Assembly: GCA_030446775.1 (NCBI GenBank)
Contig: JAUJMQ010000007.1
Coordinates: forward strand, 5,569-69,568
Reading direction: 5' to 3'
Origin: Egibacteraceae bacterium
GTDB lineage: Bacteria > Actinomycetota > Nitriliruptoria > Euzebyales > Egibacteraceae
DNA length: 64,000 bases
Shown here: one piece after another, positions 37,438 through 45,204 of the stretch
Layout: each line of letters begins with the position of its first letter
How positions within the stretch are numbered: position 1 is the stretch's first letter
Position numbers and translations under genes: made by a program
Notes under the pieces: generated by a model
Told to the model about the DNA's origin: nothing
The model's database searches: none
Seen by the model: only the letters and a program-made list of their open reading frames with translations

Positions 37438-38655
37438 ATGTCCGTGCCCCGCCGCACGCGACCGTCCCGACTCCCCCGCCTCGTCGGTTCGCTCGTGCTC
37501 GCCCTGGCTCTCGCCGTACCGGCCGCTTCCGCCGGTGCCGCCGACCCGCGCCTGGACCAGGCGCAGGCGCGCCGCGAGGCCGTGCAGGCTCGCCTCGATG
37601 ACCTGCTCGCCCGCATCGGCGGGCTCGAGGCCCAGACCAGCGCGGTGTCCGAGCGCCTCGACGCGCTCAACCGTGACGCCGGGGCGTCCGCGCGGGCCGC
37701 CCGCGCCGCCGACCGCCTCCTCGTCGCGCGGATGCGCGAGTCCTACAAGCGCGGCCAGACCGATCCCGCGTTGGCGCTGCTGGGCAGCGCGACCGCGGAG
37801 CAGGCCACCGAGCAGGCTCGGCTGCTGGCGATGATGGCCAGCACGAGCCGGGCGGAGTTCGAGACGGCGACCGCGGCGCGCAGCCGCACGCGCGCCACGG
37901 CGGCGCAGGTCGCCCGCGCGGTCGAGGAGCTGAAGGCGCGCCAGACCGAGCTCGACTCGGCGCGCGCCGAGGTCGCCGACCTGCTCGCCCAGGCCGAGCG
38001 CGAGGAGCTGGAGGTCCGCGCCACCCTCGCCGCCGAGCAGCGCGCGCGCGCGCGCGCGCCGCACAGCGGGCGGCCCGCCAGCGCCAGACGCAGCTCGCCG
38101 CGGCGTCACGCGCGTCGGCCGCGCGGGCCCCGCTCCCGCGGCCCCGGCGGCCGTGGCGGCGGCGCCGGCGGCGCCTGCGGCGTCCGGGGACGCCGCGGGT
38201 GACGATGCGCGCGCGGTGACGCCGGCGCCACGCGCTCCAGCGCACCGTCGACCGGCGGCGTGGCGTGCCCCGTCGGGACGCCGCGCAGCTACAGCGACAC
38301 GTTCGGGGCGCCCCGCTCCGGCGGGCGCAGCCACATGGGGACCGACATCCTCGCGCCGATGGGCACCCCGAGCTACGCCTACGAGGACGGCACGATCACG
38401 CGTATGGACGGCAACGCGCTCGGCGGGATCTCGCTGTACCTGCGCGGCGACAGCGGCGCCGTCTACTACTACACCCACCTCAGCGGCTACGCCCCGGGCG
38501 CGTCGGTCGGCAGGCACGTCGCCGCGGGAACCCACATCGCCCAGGTCGGCGACACCGGCAACGCGGCGGGCATCCCCCACCTGCACTTCGAGGTCATGCC
38601 GGGCGGTGGCGGCGGGGTCAACCCGTACCCCTACGTCGTGCGAGCCTGCGGCTGA
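37438..38655 (+). pseudogene. Secreted coiled-coil + M23 metallopeptidase, frame lost at the (GC)10 tract and regained before the M23 domain
   Basis: A signal peptide (LVLALALAVPAASAGA) and a long coiled coil run to 38040. The M23 domain is CPVGTPRSYSDTFGAPRSGGRSHMGTDILAPMGTP...THLSGY...GIPHLHFEV (ORF 38260..38655). A stop at 38200 separates the two, and an Ala/Pro linker is readable in another frame. Confidence 0.7.
38040..38059. repeat. (GC)10 dinucleotide microsatellite
   Basis: gcgcgcgcgcgcgcgcgcgc at 38040-38059, exactly where the peptidase reading frame degenerates. Confidence 0.9.
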
Positions 38656-38657
38656 CG

Positions 38658-39620
38658 GTGCCGGACCCGCGCCTGCTCGAGGTGGCGGCCGCCTTCCTGG
38701 CTCCCGGCGACCGGGTCGCGACGCCCTCGCCATCGGTGGCGCGGCGGCTGTCCGCCGGCGGAGCGCAGGTCACGGTCGCCGCGCCGGCGGACGTCGAGCC
38801 CGGCGGCTGCGACGCGGTCGTGCTCGTCGACGACGAGCTGTCGGCCGCCGGCGAGGACGCCGAGGCGCTCGTGGCCCACGTGGAGCAGGCGTTGCGGCCG
38901 GGAGGCGTCGCCGTCGTGGGGGCGCTCGGAGCCGTGCTGGCCCGCGTCACCGGCGCCGACCTCGGCGCGTCCCGCGCCTACACCGCCGAGCAGCTGACGC
39001 GCGTCGTCGGTCACCGCGGGTTCGCGCTGGAGCTGCTGTGCGCTCCAGGGGCGGCGGCCCGCCTGGCCGGGCAGGCCACGGGCCCGCTGGACCTGCCGCA
39101 CGACCGGATGCCGGGTCTGCTCGACGCCGGCGAGCGCCTCCTCGTCGTCGCCCGCAAGGGGCGCGACCGCGACGAGCGCAGCGCGGCCTTCTTCGCCACG
39201 CTGCCCCGCAAGGTCGTCGCCGCGGCGGTCCTGTGCCGTGACGACGACGATGGGTGCTGGTCGTCCACGACAGCTTCAAGCGGCACTGGACGATCCCCGG
39301 GGTGTCGTCGATCCGGGCGAGGATCCTCGCAGCGGAGCCGTCCGGGAGGCATGGAGGAGGCCGGCGTGCGCGTCGACGCCGACGCGGTGCTCGGGGTCTT
39401 CGCGGCCTCGTGGCCCGAGCGGCTGGTGTTCGTCTACGCCGCGAGACCACGCGACGGCCGTGCCGGGCCGACGGCCCCACGGCACGCCCACGAGATCGAC
39501 GCGGTCGCGTGGGTCAGCCTCGACGAGGCGCTCGACCGGCTGGCACCCCACGTCGCCGAGCAGGTCCGCCGCTGCCTCACCCAGCCGGGTCAGACCTGGT
39601 TCCAGGCCTCGGGCTCCTGA
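38658..39620 (+). CDS. Methyltransferase-like domain fused to a NUDIX hydrolase; NUDIX box garbled by three compensating 1-nt losses
   Basis: GTG 38658. The ORF is open overall, but between 39253 and 39355 the true reading (VLVVHDSFKRHWTIPG / GVVDPGEDPRSGAVREAW / EEAGVRV, the GX5EX7REUXEEXGU box) is spread over three frames. Confidence 0.7.
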   Translation: MPDPRLLEVAAAFLAPGDRVATPSPSVARRLSAGGAQVTVAAPADVEPGGCDAVVLVDDELSAAGEDAEALVAHVEQALRPGGVAVVGALGAVLARVTGADLGASRAYTAEQLTRVVGHRGFALELLCAPGAAARLAGQATGPLDLPHDRMPGLLDAGERLLVVARKGRDRDERSAAFFATLPRKVVAAAVLCRDDDDGCWSSTTASSGTGRSPGCRRSGRGSSQRSRPGGMEEAGVRVDADAVLGVFAASWPERLVFVYAARPRDGRAGPTAPRHAHEIDAVAWVSLDEALDRLAPHVAEQVRRCLTQPGQTWFQASGS

Positions 39621-39623
39621 CGG

Positions 39624-41156
39624 TCACGGCAGCCGGTCGGTGATCTCGGAGTAGTCGTAGACGTGCGCCTCGTCGCGCCAGATGAAGCTGCGATCCTCCA
39701 GCAGCGGCAGGTCCGCCCCGAAGTAGCTGTTGAAGATCACCCGCCAGGTGTTCACCGGCGAGATCGACGGATACAGGACGTCGGTCTCGTCGACCCCCGG
39801 CAGCAGGTAGGCGTTGAGGATGCGGAACTTCTCGGCGAGCTCGGCGTCGGTCGCGCGCGTCCAGTCGAAGTGCGCCTCGTCGCGTTTGACGCGGACGGGG
39901 TGGGGGCCCTGGTCGGCGGTGACGACGACGATCGGCCGCTGCGCCTCGTCGACGTCGAGCAACTCGTCGAGGAACGCGTCGATCTGGCCGTTCGTGTACT
40001 GCGTCTGCTCGATGTAGTTGCGCGTCCGGCCCCGGGCGGCGTCCTCCGGCAGGCTGATGTAGTCGCCGTCGGCGTCGAACACGAACGGCTCGTGCGGCAG
40101 CAGGATGTGCGCGAACGTGAACGTCGGGCCGGGCCGGGCGGCGGCTCGGCGCAGCTGGCGGAACTGGTCGATCGCGCCGTCGTAGTGGTCGCGCCGGCTG
40201 TCCTCGGCGAACGTCCGCGCCGGCGGCCGGCCGATCTCCGACAGCACGGTCGTGTTCCACAGGGCCTTGTGGTAGTCCGAGTCCAGCCCGTAGCCGAGGT
40301 TCAGGTCGGCGTTGCGGTTGGACTGGGTCGGGTCCCACCAGGCGCCGATGTGGACGTACTCGTAGCCGCGGTCTTTCAGGATCCGTCCGACGGCGTGGTC
40401 CTGCAGCCGCTCGTACAGGGGCAGCAGGTTGCCCGTGTCGCGGCCGTAGCGCTCGGTGAGGTCGTCGAGGTAGCGCATATTGAGCGTCGACGTGAGCGAC
40501 GAGGCCGTGCGCAGGAGGTTGGCGTTGCTGTCGTCGGCGACGTAGAAGCCCCGCTCACGCAGCCTGTCGATGAAGGCGCTGTTGTCGAAGCCGAAGCGGT
40601 CTCGCAGGCTGTCCTGGGAGCCGTAGCGGTCGAACACGAGGTAGTAGATGTCGCGGGGCTCCCCGGGCGCCGACCACGGCCCGATCCGCTCGTCGAGGGG
40701 CGTGACCGCCGCCGCGGCGCTGCGGGCGGTCAGCAGCGTCGGCGCGTACGCCCGGCCGATCGGCAGCAGCGACAGCACGACGAGGACCGCGGCGGTGCCC
40801 GACAGGATCGTCGTCAGCTCGTCGAGGAAACGCCGCGCGCGCACCGCCAGCACCGCGAGCACCGCCGCACCGGCCAGCCAGGCCGGCAACAGCCAGGTGG
40901 GGTCCGACAGCTCGTCGCGGACCGATCCCCACAGCATCACCGCGATGACACCGACCGTGGTGAGCAGCCCCGCCCGGCGGGCGTCGCGCAGCGCGAGGGT
41001 GGCTGCGACGAACAGCAGCGCGGTGCACCCGGTGACGAGCAGCAGCGCGGTGACCGCCTCGCGCAGCGGGGTCTCCGACACGTTGCGGGCGTACAGGAAC
41101 AGCACCGGCCAGGCCGCGAACAGCAGCGGATGCCAGACCAGCCGAGGCCGCTTCAC
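39624..41156 (-). CDS. Membrane-anchored alkaline-phosphatase-superfamily (sulfatase/LTA-synthase-like) protein
   Basis: GTG 41156 overlaps the upstream stop (GTGA). About 5 N-terminal TM segments are followed by an extracytoplasmic domain (IYYLVFDRYG, FAHILLPHEPF, VVVTADQGP). Confidence 0.75.
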   Translation of the reverse strand: MKRPRLVWHPLLFAAWPVLFLYARNVSETPLREAVTALLLVTGCTALLFVAATLALRDARRAGLLTTVGVIAVMLWGSVRDELSDPTWLLPAWLAGAAVLAVLAVRARRFLDELTTILSGTAAVLVVLSLLPIGRAYAPTLLTARSAAAAVTPLDERIGPWSAPGEPRDIYYLVFDRYGSQDSLRDRFGFDNSAFIDRLRERGFYVADDSNANLLRTASSLTSTLNMRYLDDLTERYGRDTGNLLPLYERLQDHAVGRILKDRGYEYVHIGAWWDPTQSNRNADLNLGYGLDSDYHKALWNTTVLSEIGRPPARTFAEDSRRDHYDGAIDQFRQLRRAAARPGPTFTFAHILLPHEPFVFDADGDYISLPEDAARGRTRNYIEQTQYTNGQIDAFLDELLDVDEAQRPIVVVTADQGPHPVRVKRDEAHFDWTRATDAELAEKFRILNAYLLPGVDETDVLYPSISPVNTWRVIFNSYFGADLPLLEDRSFIWRDEAHVYDYSEITDRLP

Positions 41157-42604
41157 CGCCGGCGCAGCAGGTACAGGACGCGCGAGGAGCCGGGGACGGG
41201 CTCGCGCCGCTCGATGTCGAAGTGCTCGCACAGTGCCGCCTCGAACGCCGCGGCGGTGTAGTCGTCGAAGATGTCCTCGCGGGACGCCAGCAGCCGCCCC
41301 ACCATGGGATCGTCCTTGGGAACCCACTCGACCACCAGGGCGTGGCACAGCTGGGAGAACCAGCGCGCGACGTCGGGCAGCGGCACGTTGCCGGCGATCG
41401 CCAGATGGTGGACGAGCGCGAGCGCGAGGACGGCGTCCGCGGGGCCGCGGGCGGTCAGCGAGTCGCGCTCGGCGCAGGCCCAGCCCAGGGCCGGGCTCGG
41501 GTTCGCCAGGTCGGCAACGAGCGGCAGGACCGACGTCTCAGAGCGCTCACGCACCTGTTGCCAGCTCACCTCGACCGCGGACGGGTCCAGCTCCAGCGAC
41601 ACGACGGTGGCCCCGGCGGCGGCGGCGAGCCTGGAGAAGCGCCCGGTGTTCGCGCCGAGATCCCACACCGTCCGCGGCGACAGGTCGGCCAGCAGCTTGC
41701 CGACGAGCTCTTCCTTGGCGGCCAGCGCCGCATCCGTGTAGCTCTGCTTGGCGGCGTAGTAGTCGCGCCACGCCGAGGGTGACGGCTCCCAGGTCTGCTT
41801 CGTGACCGCGGTGCGCAGGCTCTCGACGAGCCCCCGGAACGCCTTGGTCGAGAAGCGGCCCGACCCGGCCAGGTCGGCGGCCCCGCGCCCGGCCGCCTCG
41901 CGGCCGGCGTCGGCGTGGCGCTGCTGGCTGCGGGCGTGGGAGTGCAGGTGCAGCGCGAGCCCGGGCGTCAGCTTGGTGCGTGCGGGCAGCAGCGCGGCGG
42001 CCAGGTCCAGGGGGATCCCGTCGAGGTGGGTCCGCAGCAGCCCCAGCAGGCGCACGTCGACCGCGCTTGCCAGGGCGAGCGGCGCGAGGAAGTGCTGGCA
42101 GAACTGGCGGTAGGCGACCCAGGGGCGGCCTTCCACCAGCGCTTCGAACGACAGGGTGTCGATGAGCACCGGCCGTCCGCGCAGGAACTGCACGTTGAAC
42201 GCGCTGGCGTCGCGCAGCGACATGCCCGCGTCCATCGCCAGCGTCTGGACCCGCAGGGTCAGCAGCGCGGCGTCGCGCAGCTGGCCCGGGCACCATTCGT
42301 AGGGATAGGAGATGAACGGCACCCGCTCGGGCCGCAGGATGCGGTGGGGGTCGGCCGCGGCGGGCTCGACGTCGACCTCCTCGACGGCCACGAGCAGCCC
42401 GTCACCGACGAGCGTGTCGTACAGGCCCGAGCTGTGCAGCAGGTCGTAGTCGGCCGCGCCCCGGGCGTTGACCTGCCGGTACAGCACCCCGCCGCGGGTG
42501 AACACGAACCCGGCGGGATCGCGGAACGACCCGCCGACGCGCGCCGCCGGACCGCTCGCCGTGCCGCCCGCTGCGGCGCGCCCGTCACCGGGCGGCGGTG
42601 GCAT
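41153..42604 (-). CDS. Class I SAM-dependent methyltransferase with conserved N-terminal domain (NoeA-like)
   Basis: ATG 42604. Motifs: SFRDPAGFVF, FISYPYEWCPGQLRDAALLTL, LIDTLSFE, then the SAM fold VWDLGANTGRFS. Confidence 0.75.
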   Translation of the reverse strand: MPPPPGDGRAAAGGTASGPAARVGGSFRDPAGFVFTRGGVLYRQVNARGAADYDLLHSSGLYDTLVGDGLLVAVEEVDVEPAAADPHRILRPERVPFISYPYEWCPGQLRDAALLTLRVQTLAMDAGMSLRDASAFNVQFLRGRPVLIDTLSFEALVEGRPWVAYRQFCQHFLAPLALASAVDVRLLGLLRTHLDGIPLDLAAALLPARTKLTPGLALHLHSHARSQQRHADAGREAAGRGAADLAGSGRFSTKAFRGLVESLRTAVTKQTWEPSPSAWRDYYAAKQSYTDAALAAKEELVGKLLADLSPRTVWDLGANTGRFSRLAAAAGATVVSLELDPSAVEVSWQQVRERSETSVLPLVADLANPSPALGWACAERDSLTARGPADAVLALALVHHLAIAGNVPLPDVARWFSQLCHALVVEWVPKDDPMVGRLLASREDIFDDYTAAAFEAALCEHFDIERREPVPGSSRVLYLLRRR

Positions 42605-42606
42605 CG

Positions 42607-42813
42607 TCAGTGGTTCCGGCGGAAGAAGCCGATGATGCGCTTCCAGAAGACCCTGACGCCGAGGCTGGCCGCCATGGCGGCGCCGACGACGACCTGGAAG
42701 ATGAGGCTGCCCGAGCCGGGATCGATGTAGGCGTTCGCAGCGGGGACCACCAGGAGTGACAGGCACACCGTGAGCCAGACGACCCACGTCACGTACGAGC
42801 CGACCTTGCGCAT
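42607..42813 (-). CDS. Small membrane protein (68 aa) with AYIDPGSGS motif
   Basis: ATG 42813 follows GGGAG. The product has two hydrophobic segments flanking ANAYIDPGSGSLIFQ. Its stop is 2 nt before the methyltransferase ATG. Confidence 0.6.
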   Translation of the reverse strand: MRKVGSYVTWVVWLTVCLSLLVVPAANAYIDPGSGSLIFQVVVGAAMAASLGVRVFWKRIIGFFRRNH

Positions 42814-42915
42814 GAAGACTCCCACGACCACGACGGACGCTTACCGGAAGGGCAACACGAGGTTAACAGCCGCCGCACGGGCGTGACGGTGGCCGACCTG
42901 CCCTGTCCGCGCCGG

Positions 42916-42973
42916 GGCTGTCTCCCGAAGGGAGTCGTTGGACGCAAGCCCCCCGGCCTTTGAGGTGCGTGCC
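42916..42973 (-). repeat. Fourth copy of the two-hairpin repeat element (reverse orientation)
   Basis: The reverse complement reads ggcACGCAcctcaaaggccggggggctTGCGTccaacgaCTCCCttcGGGAGacagcc. It lies downstream, in the sense orientation, of the decayed sulfatase gene. Confidence 0.85.
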
Positions 42974-42996
42974 AGCCGTCGGCGACGGTGAGGGGG

Positions 42997-44808
42997 TCAG
43001 TCGCCGCCCCGGCCCGACGAGCAGGACCGCGACGTCGTTGCGGCCGTCGCGCAGCAGCCGCGGCGGGATCATGGCGCTGAACTCGCGCTGGCCGCCGCCG
43101 CCGGGCTCCGCGCGCGTGACCGCCGCGACGGTCCCGTTCACGGCGACGGCCAACACGGGCGACGCGCCCGCGGTGACGCCGCGCACCACCCCGACGAGAT
43201 GGGCGGCGGGCAGGACCGGCGACGAGACATCCACGTCGGCGTAGGCCTGCGGGTGGCGCAAGGCGACCGACATGCCTGACGACGTAGCCGTCGTCGCCAC
43301 AGCGGGACGCCGCCCGAGCAGGTCGGCGGTGGCCCGGCGGGGCCAGACGGTAGGGGTCGCCCGTGCCGCCGGGACCGCCGAACAGCGCGAGCTTGCGGTC
43401 CACGGCCGCGCCGACCTGCGACCCGCCGGCGTCCATGCGCAGTTCCGCGCCCTCCTGTCGGTGATGCGTTTGGACGTCCGCGGGGCGGCCGACAGGTCGA
43501 GGGCCGAGCGTCCGTCAGCCCCGCGGGCGCCGTCGCGCCGAGCACGTCGAGCACGGTGGGGAGGACGTCCACGGTCTCCACCGGCAGGTCCGACGCGCGA
43601 CCGTCGCGCTGGCCGGGAGCCTTGACGAGCAGGGCACCGCGCCGATCTCACCGAACGTCTCGCGCGTGGCAACGCGCAGTGCCGTGCCCGGCGTGAAGCT
43701 GACGCCGTGGTCGGCCGCGACGACGACGAGCGAGCGGTCGTACAGGCCGCGCTGTTCGAGCTGGTCCAGCAGCTCGCCGAGCAGCCGGTCGACGAGTTGG
43801 ACCTGCACGAGGTGGCGCTGGTAGCCCTGCGCCGCCTGCCACACCGAGTCGGTCCAGCGGCGGTCGCGGTAGCCCGGCAGCTCGCCACCGGGATACCGCC
43901 TGCCGTCGGCGGTGTAGCGCCACGGCCGGTGCGGCAGCAGCGAGTGGATGGCGTGCAGGGTAGGGCGCGGACCCGGCCGTATCCCACGCACGAACTGGCG
44001 GAAGTCGGCGACGAGGTTGTCGTCCTTGGCCGTGCGAAAGCCGTCGAGGAAGGCCTCGCGCTTGCCCTTCCGGGGCGGCCTCCCGGCGGAACCGCTGCTG
44101 GCCGGCGCCGCCACTGTCCGGTGTCGATGGCCTCCTCGCCCTCGAAGTCGCGCCAGCCCTCGTCGAGCGGCGGCAGGCCGGCCGCCAGGTCGGCTGGCAT
44201 CACGAGATGCGACCCGATGACGAGGATGTCGGCGGCCAGGCTGCGCAGGCGCCTGGCGGCCGGCTCACGGTCGGTGGTGCGGCAACGGCCGTGGGGCACA
44301 GGTGGGTGACCGGCCCGCGACGTGCATGTCGTAGGTGCCGGCCAGCAGGAGAACAGGTTCGTCGGGTGGTCAGCGGCGATGGGCAGCTCGTCGCGCGCGG
44401 TGTAGCGGCCGCTGAGCAGCGCGGGCAGCGCGTCCATGGTCGACGTGTGCACCGTGGTGGCGTTGCGGAAGAACGTGGCGTCGGCGGCCAGCCGCGCGAA
44501 CGCGCAGGGTAGGTGGCCGCGTCGACCTGCCCGTCGCCGTCGAGCAGCGACGCCAGCGGCAGCTCGTCGAAGACGACGACCACGACCGGCGGCGCATCCG
44601 GACCCACGGCCACGGCTCCGGCGGTCGCCGGGGGCAAGACCAGGGCCCGGGCGGGGCTGGCCAGCAGGAACGTCGCGGCGACGACGGGCGCGGCGGCTGC
44701 GGCGAGGTTGAGCAACCGGCGCAGCGTCGCGCTGCGCCGGTAGCCGTCGCCGTGGCGACGCCCACCGCGGCCGCGATGGCGAGCGCCACCCCTCCGGCGA
44801 AATTTCAC
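42997..44808 (-). pseudogene. Second alkaline-phosphatase-superfamily (sulfatase-like) gene, heavily frame-broken
   Basis: Pieces lie in three frames: VVVVFDELPLASLLDGDGQVD, FFRNATTVHTSTMDALPALLSGRY, HSLLPHRPWRY, LYDRSLVVVAADHGVSF, VETVDVLPTVLDVLG, LAVAVNGTVAAVTRAEPGGGGQREFSAMIPPRLLRDGRNDVAVLLV. The 3-prime end is uncertain (candidate TGA 42997-42999; the raw ORF runs to 42863 through the repeat). Confidence 0.65.
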
Positions 44809-45180
44809 CAGCCCCGCCGACCCATCACCACGAGCACGAACGTCGCGGTCAGGACGGCGATCATCATCGCATGCAGGCTCGCACCGATGACGCGGTGCAC
44901 CAGCCGGCCCAGCAGGACCAGCGCGGCGGCGGCAGCAGGCGCTTGGGCATCAGGCCCACCGCGAGCAGCACCAGCTCTGCGGGGTCCACGTCACGTGGGC
45001 GACGAAGAACGGCGTTGCGGCCGAGCAGGTCCAGCAGCGGCTGCGCCACCGCCAGCGCGGTGAGGCCCACGAGCGACAGCACGACGTCGAGGGCCGACAC
45101 CCCGCAGACACCGTCGAACGCTGTCGTCCCGCCTCCGGCGAGCCGGTCACCGCCGCCGCGTCTGCAACCGGCGTGCTCAT
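44805..45180 (-). pseudogene. Frame-broken small polytopic membrane protein, GTGA-coupled to the decayed sulfatase gene
   Basis: ATG 45180. Hydrophobic pieces lie in different frames: ALDVVLSLVGLTALAVAQPLLDLLGRNAV, AELVLLAVGLMP, HAMMIAVLTATFVLVVMG. Confidence 0.4.
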
Positions 45181-45204
45181 GCGTCACCTCACCCGCCGGG
45201 CGGT

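Noticed and set aside
35614-38733. 1039-aa minus-strand ORF
   Set aside because: It is antisense to four plus-strand genes with recognisable products (Rv3235-like, M23 peptidase and others). The sequence is low-complexity and Arg-rich.
42940-42975. tRNA-like anticodon loop (cCTTTGAGg) inside the repeat element
   Set aside because: The flanking bases do not form an anticodon stem. No acceptor, D or T-arm (GGTTCGA-type) sequence is present.
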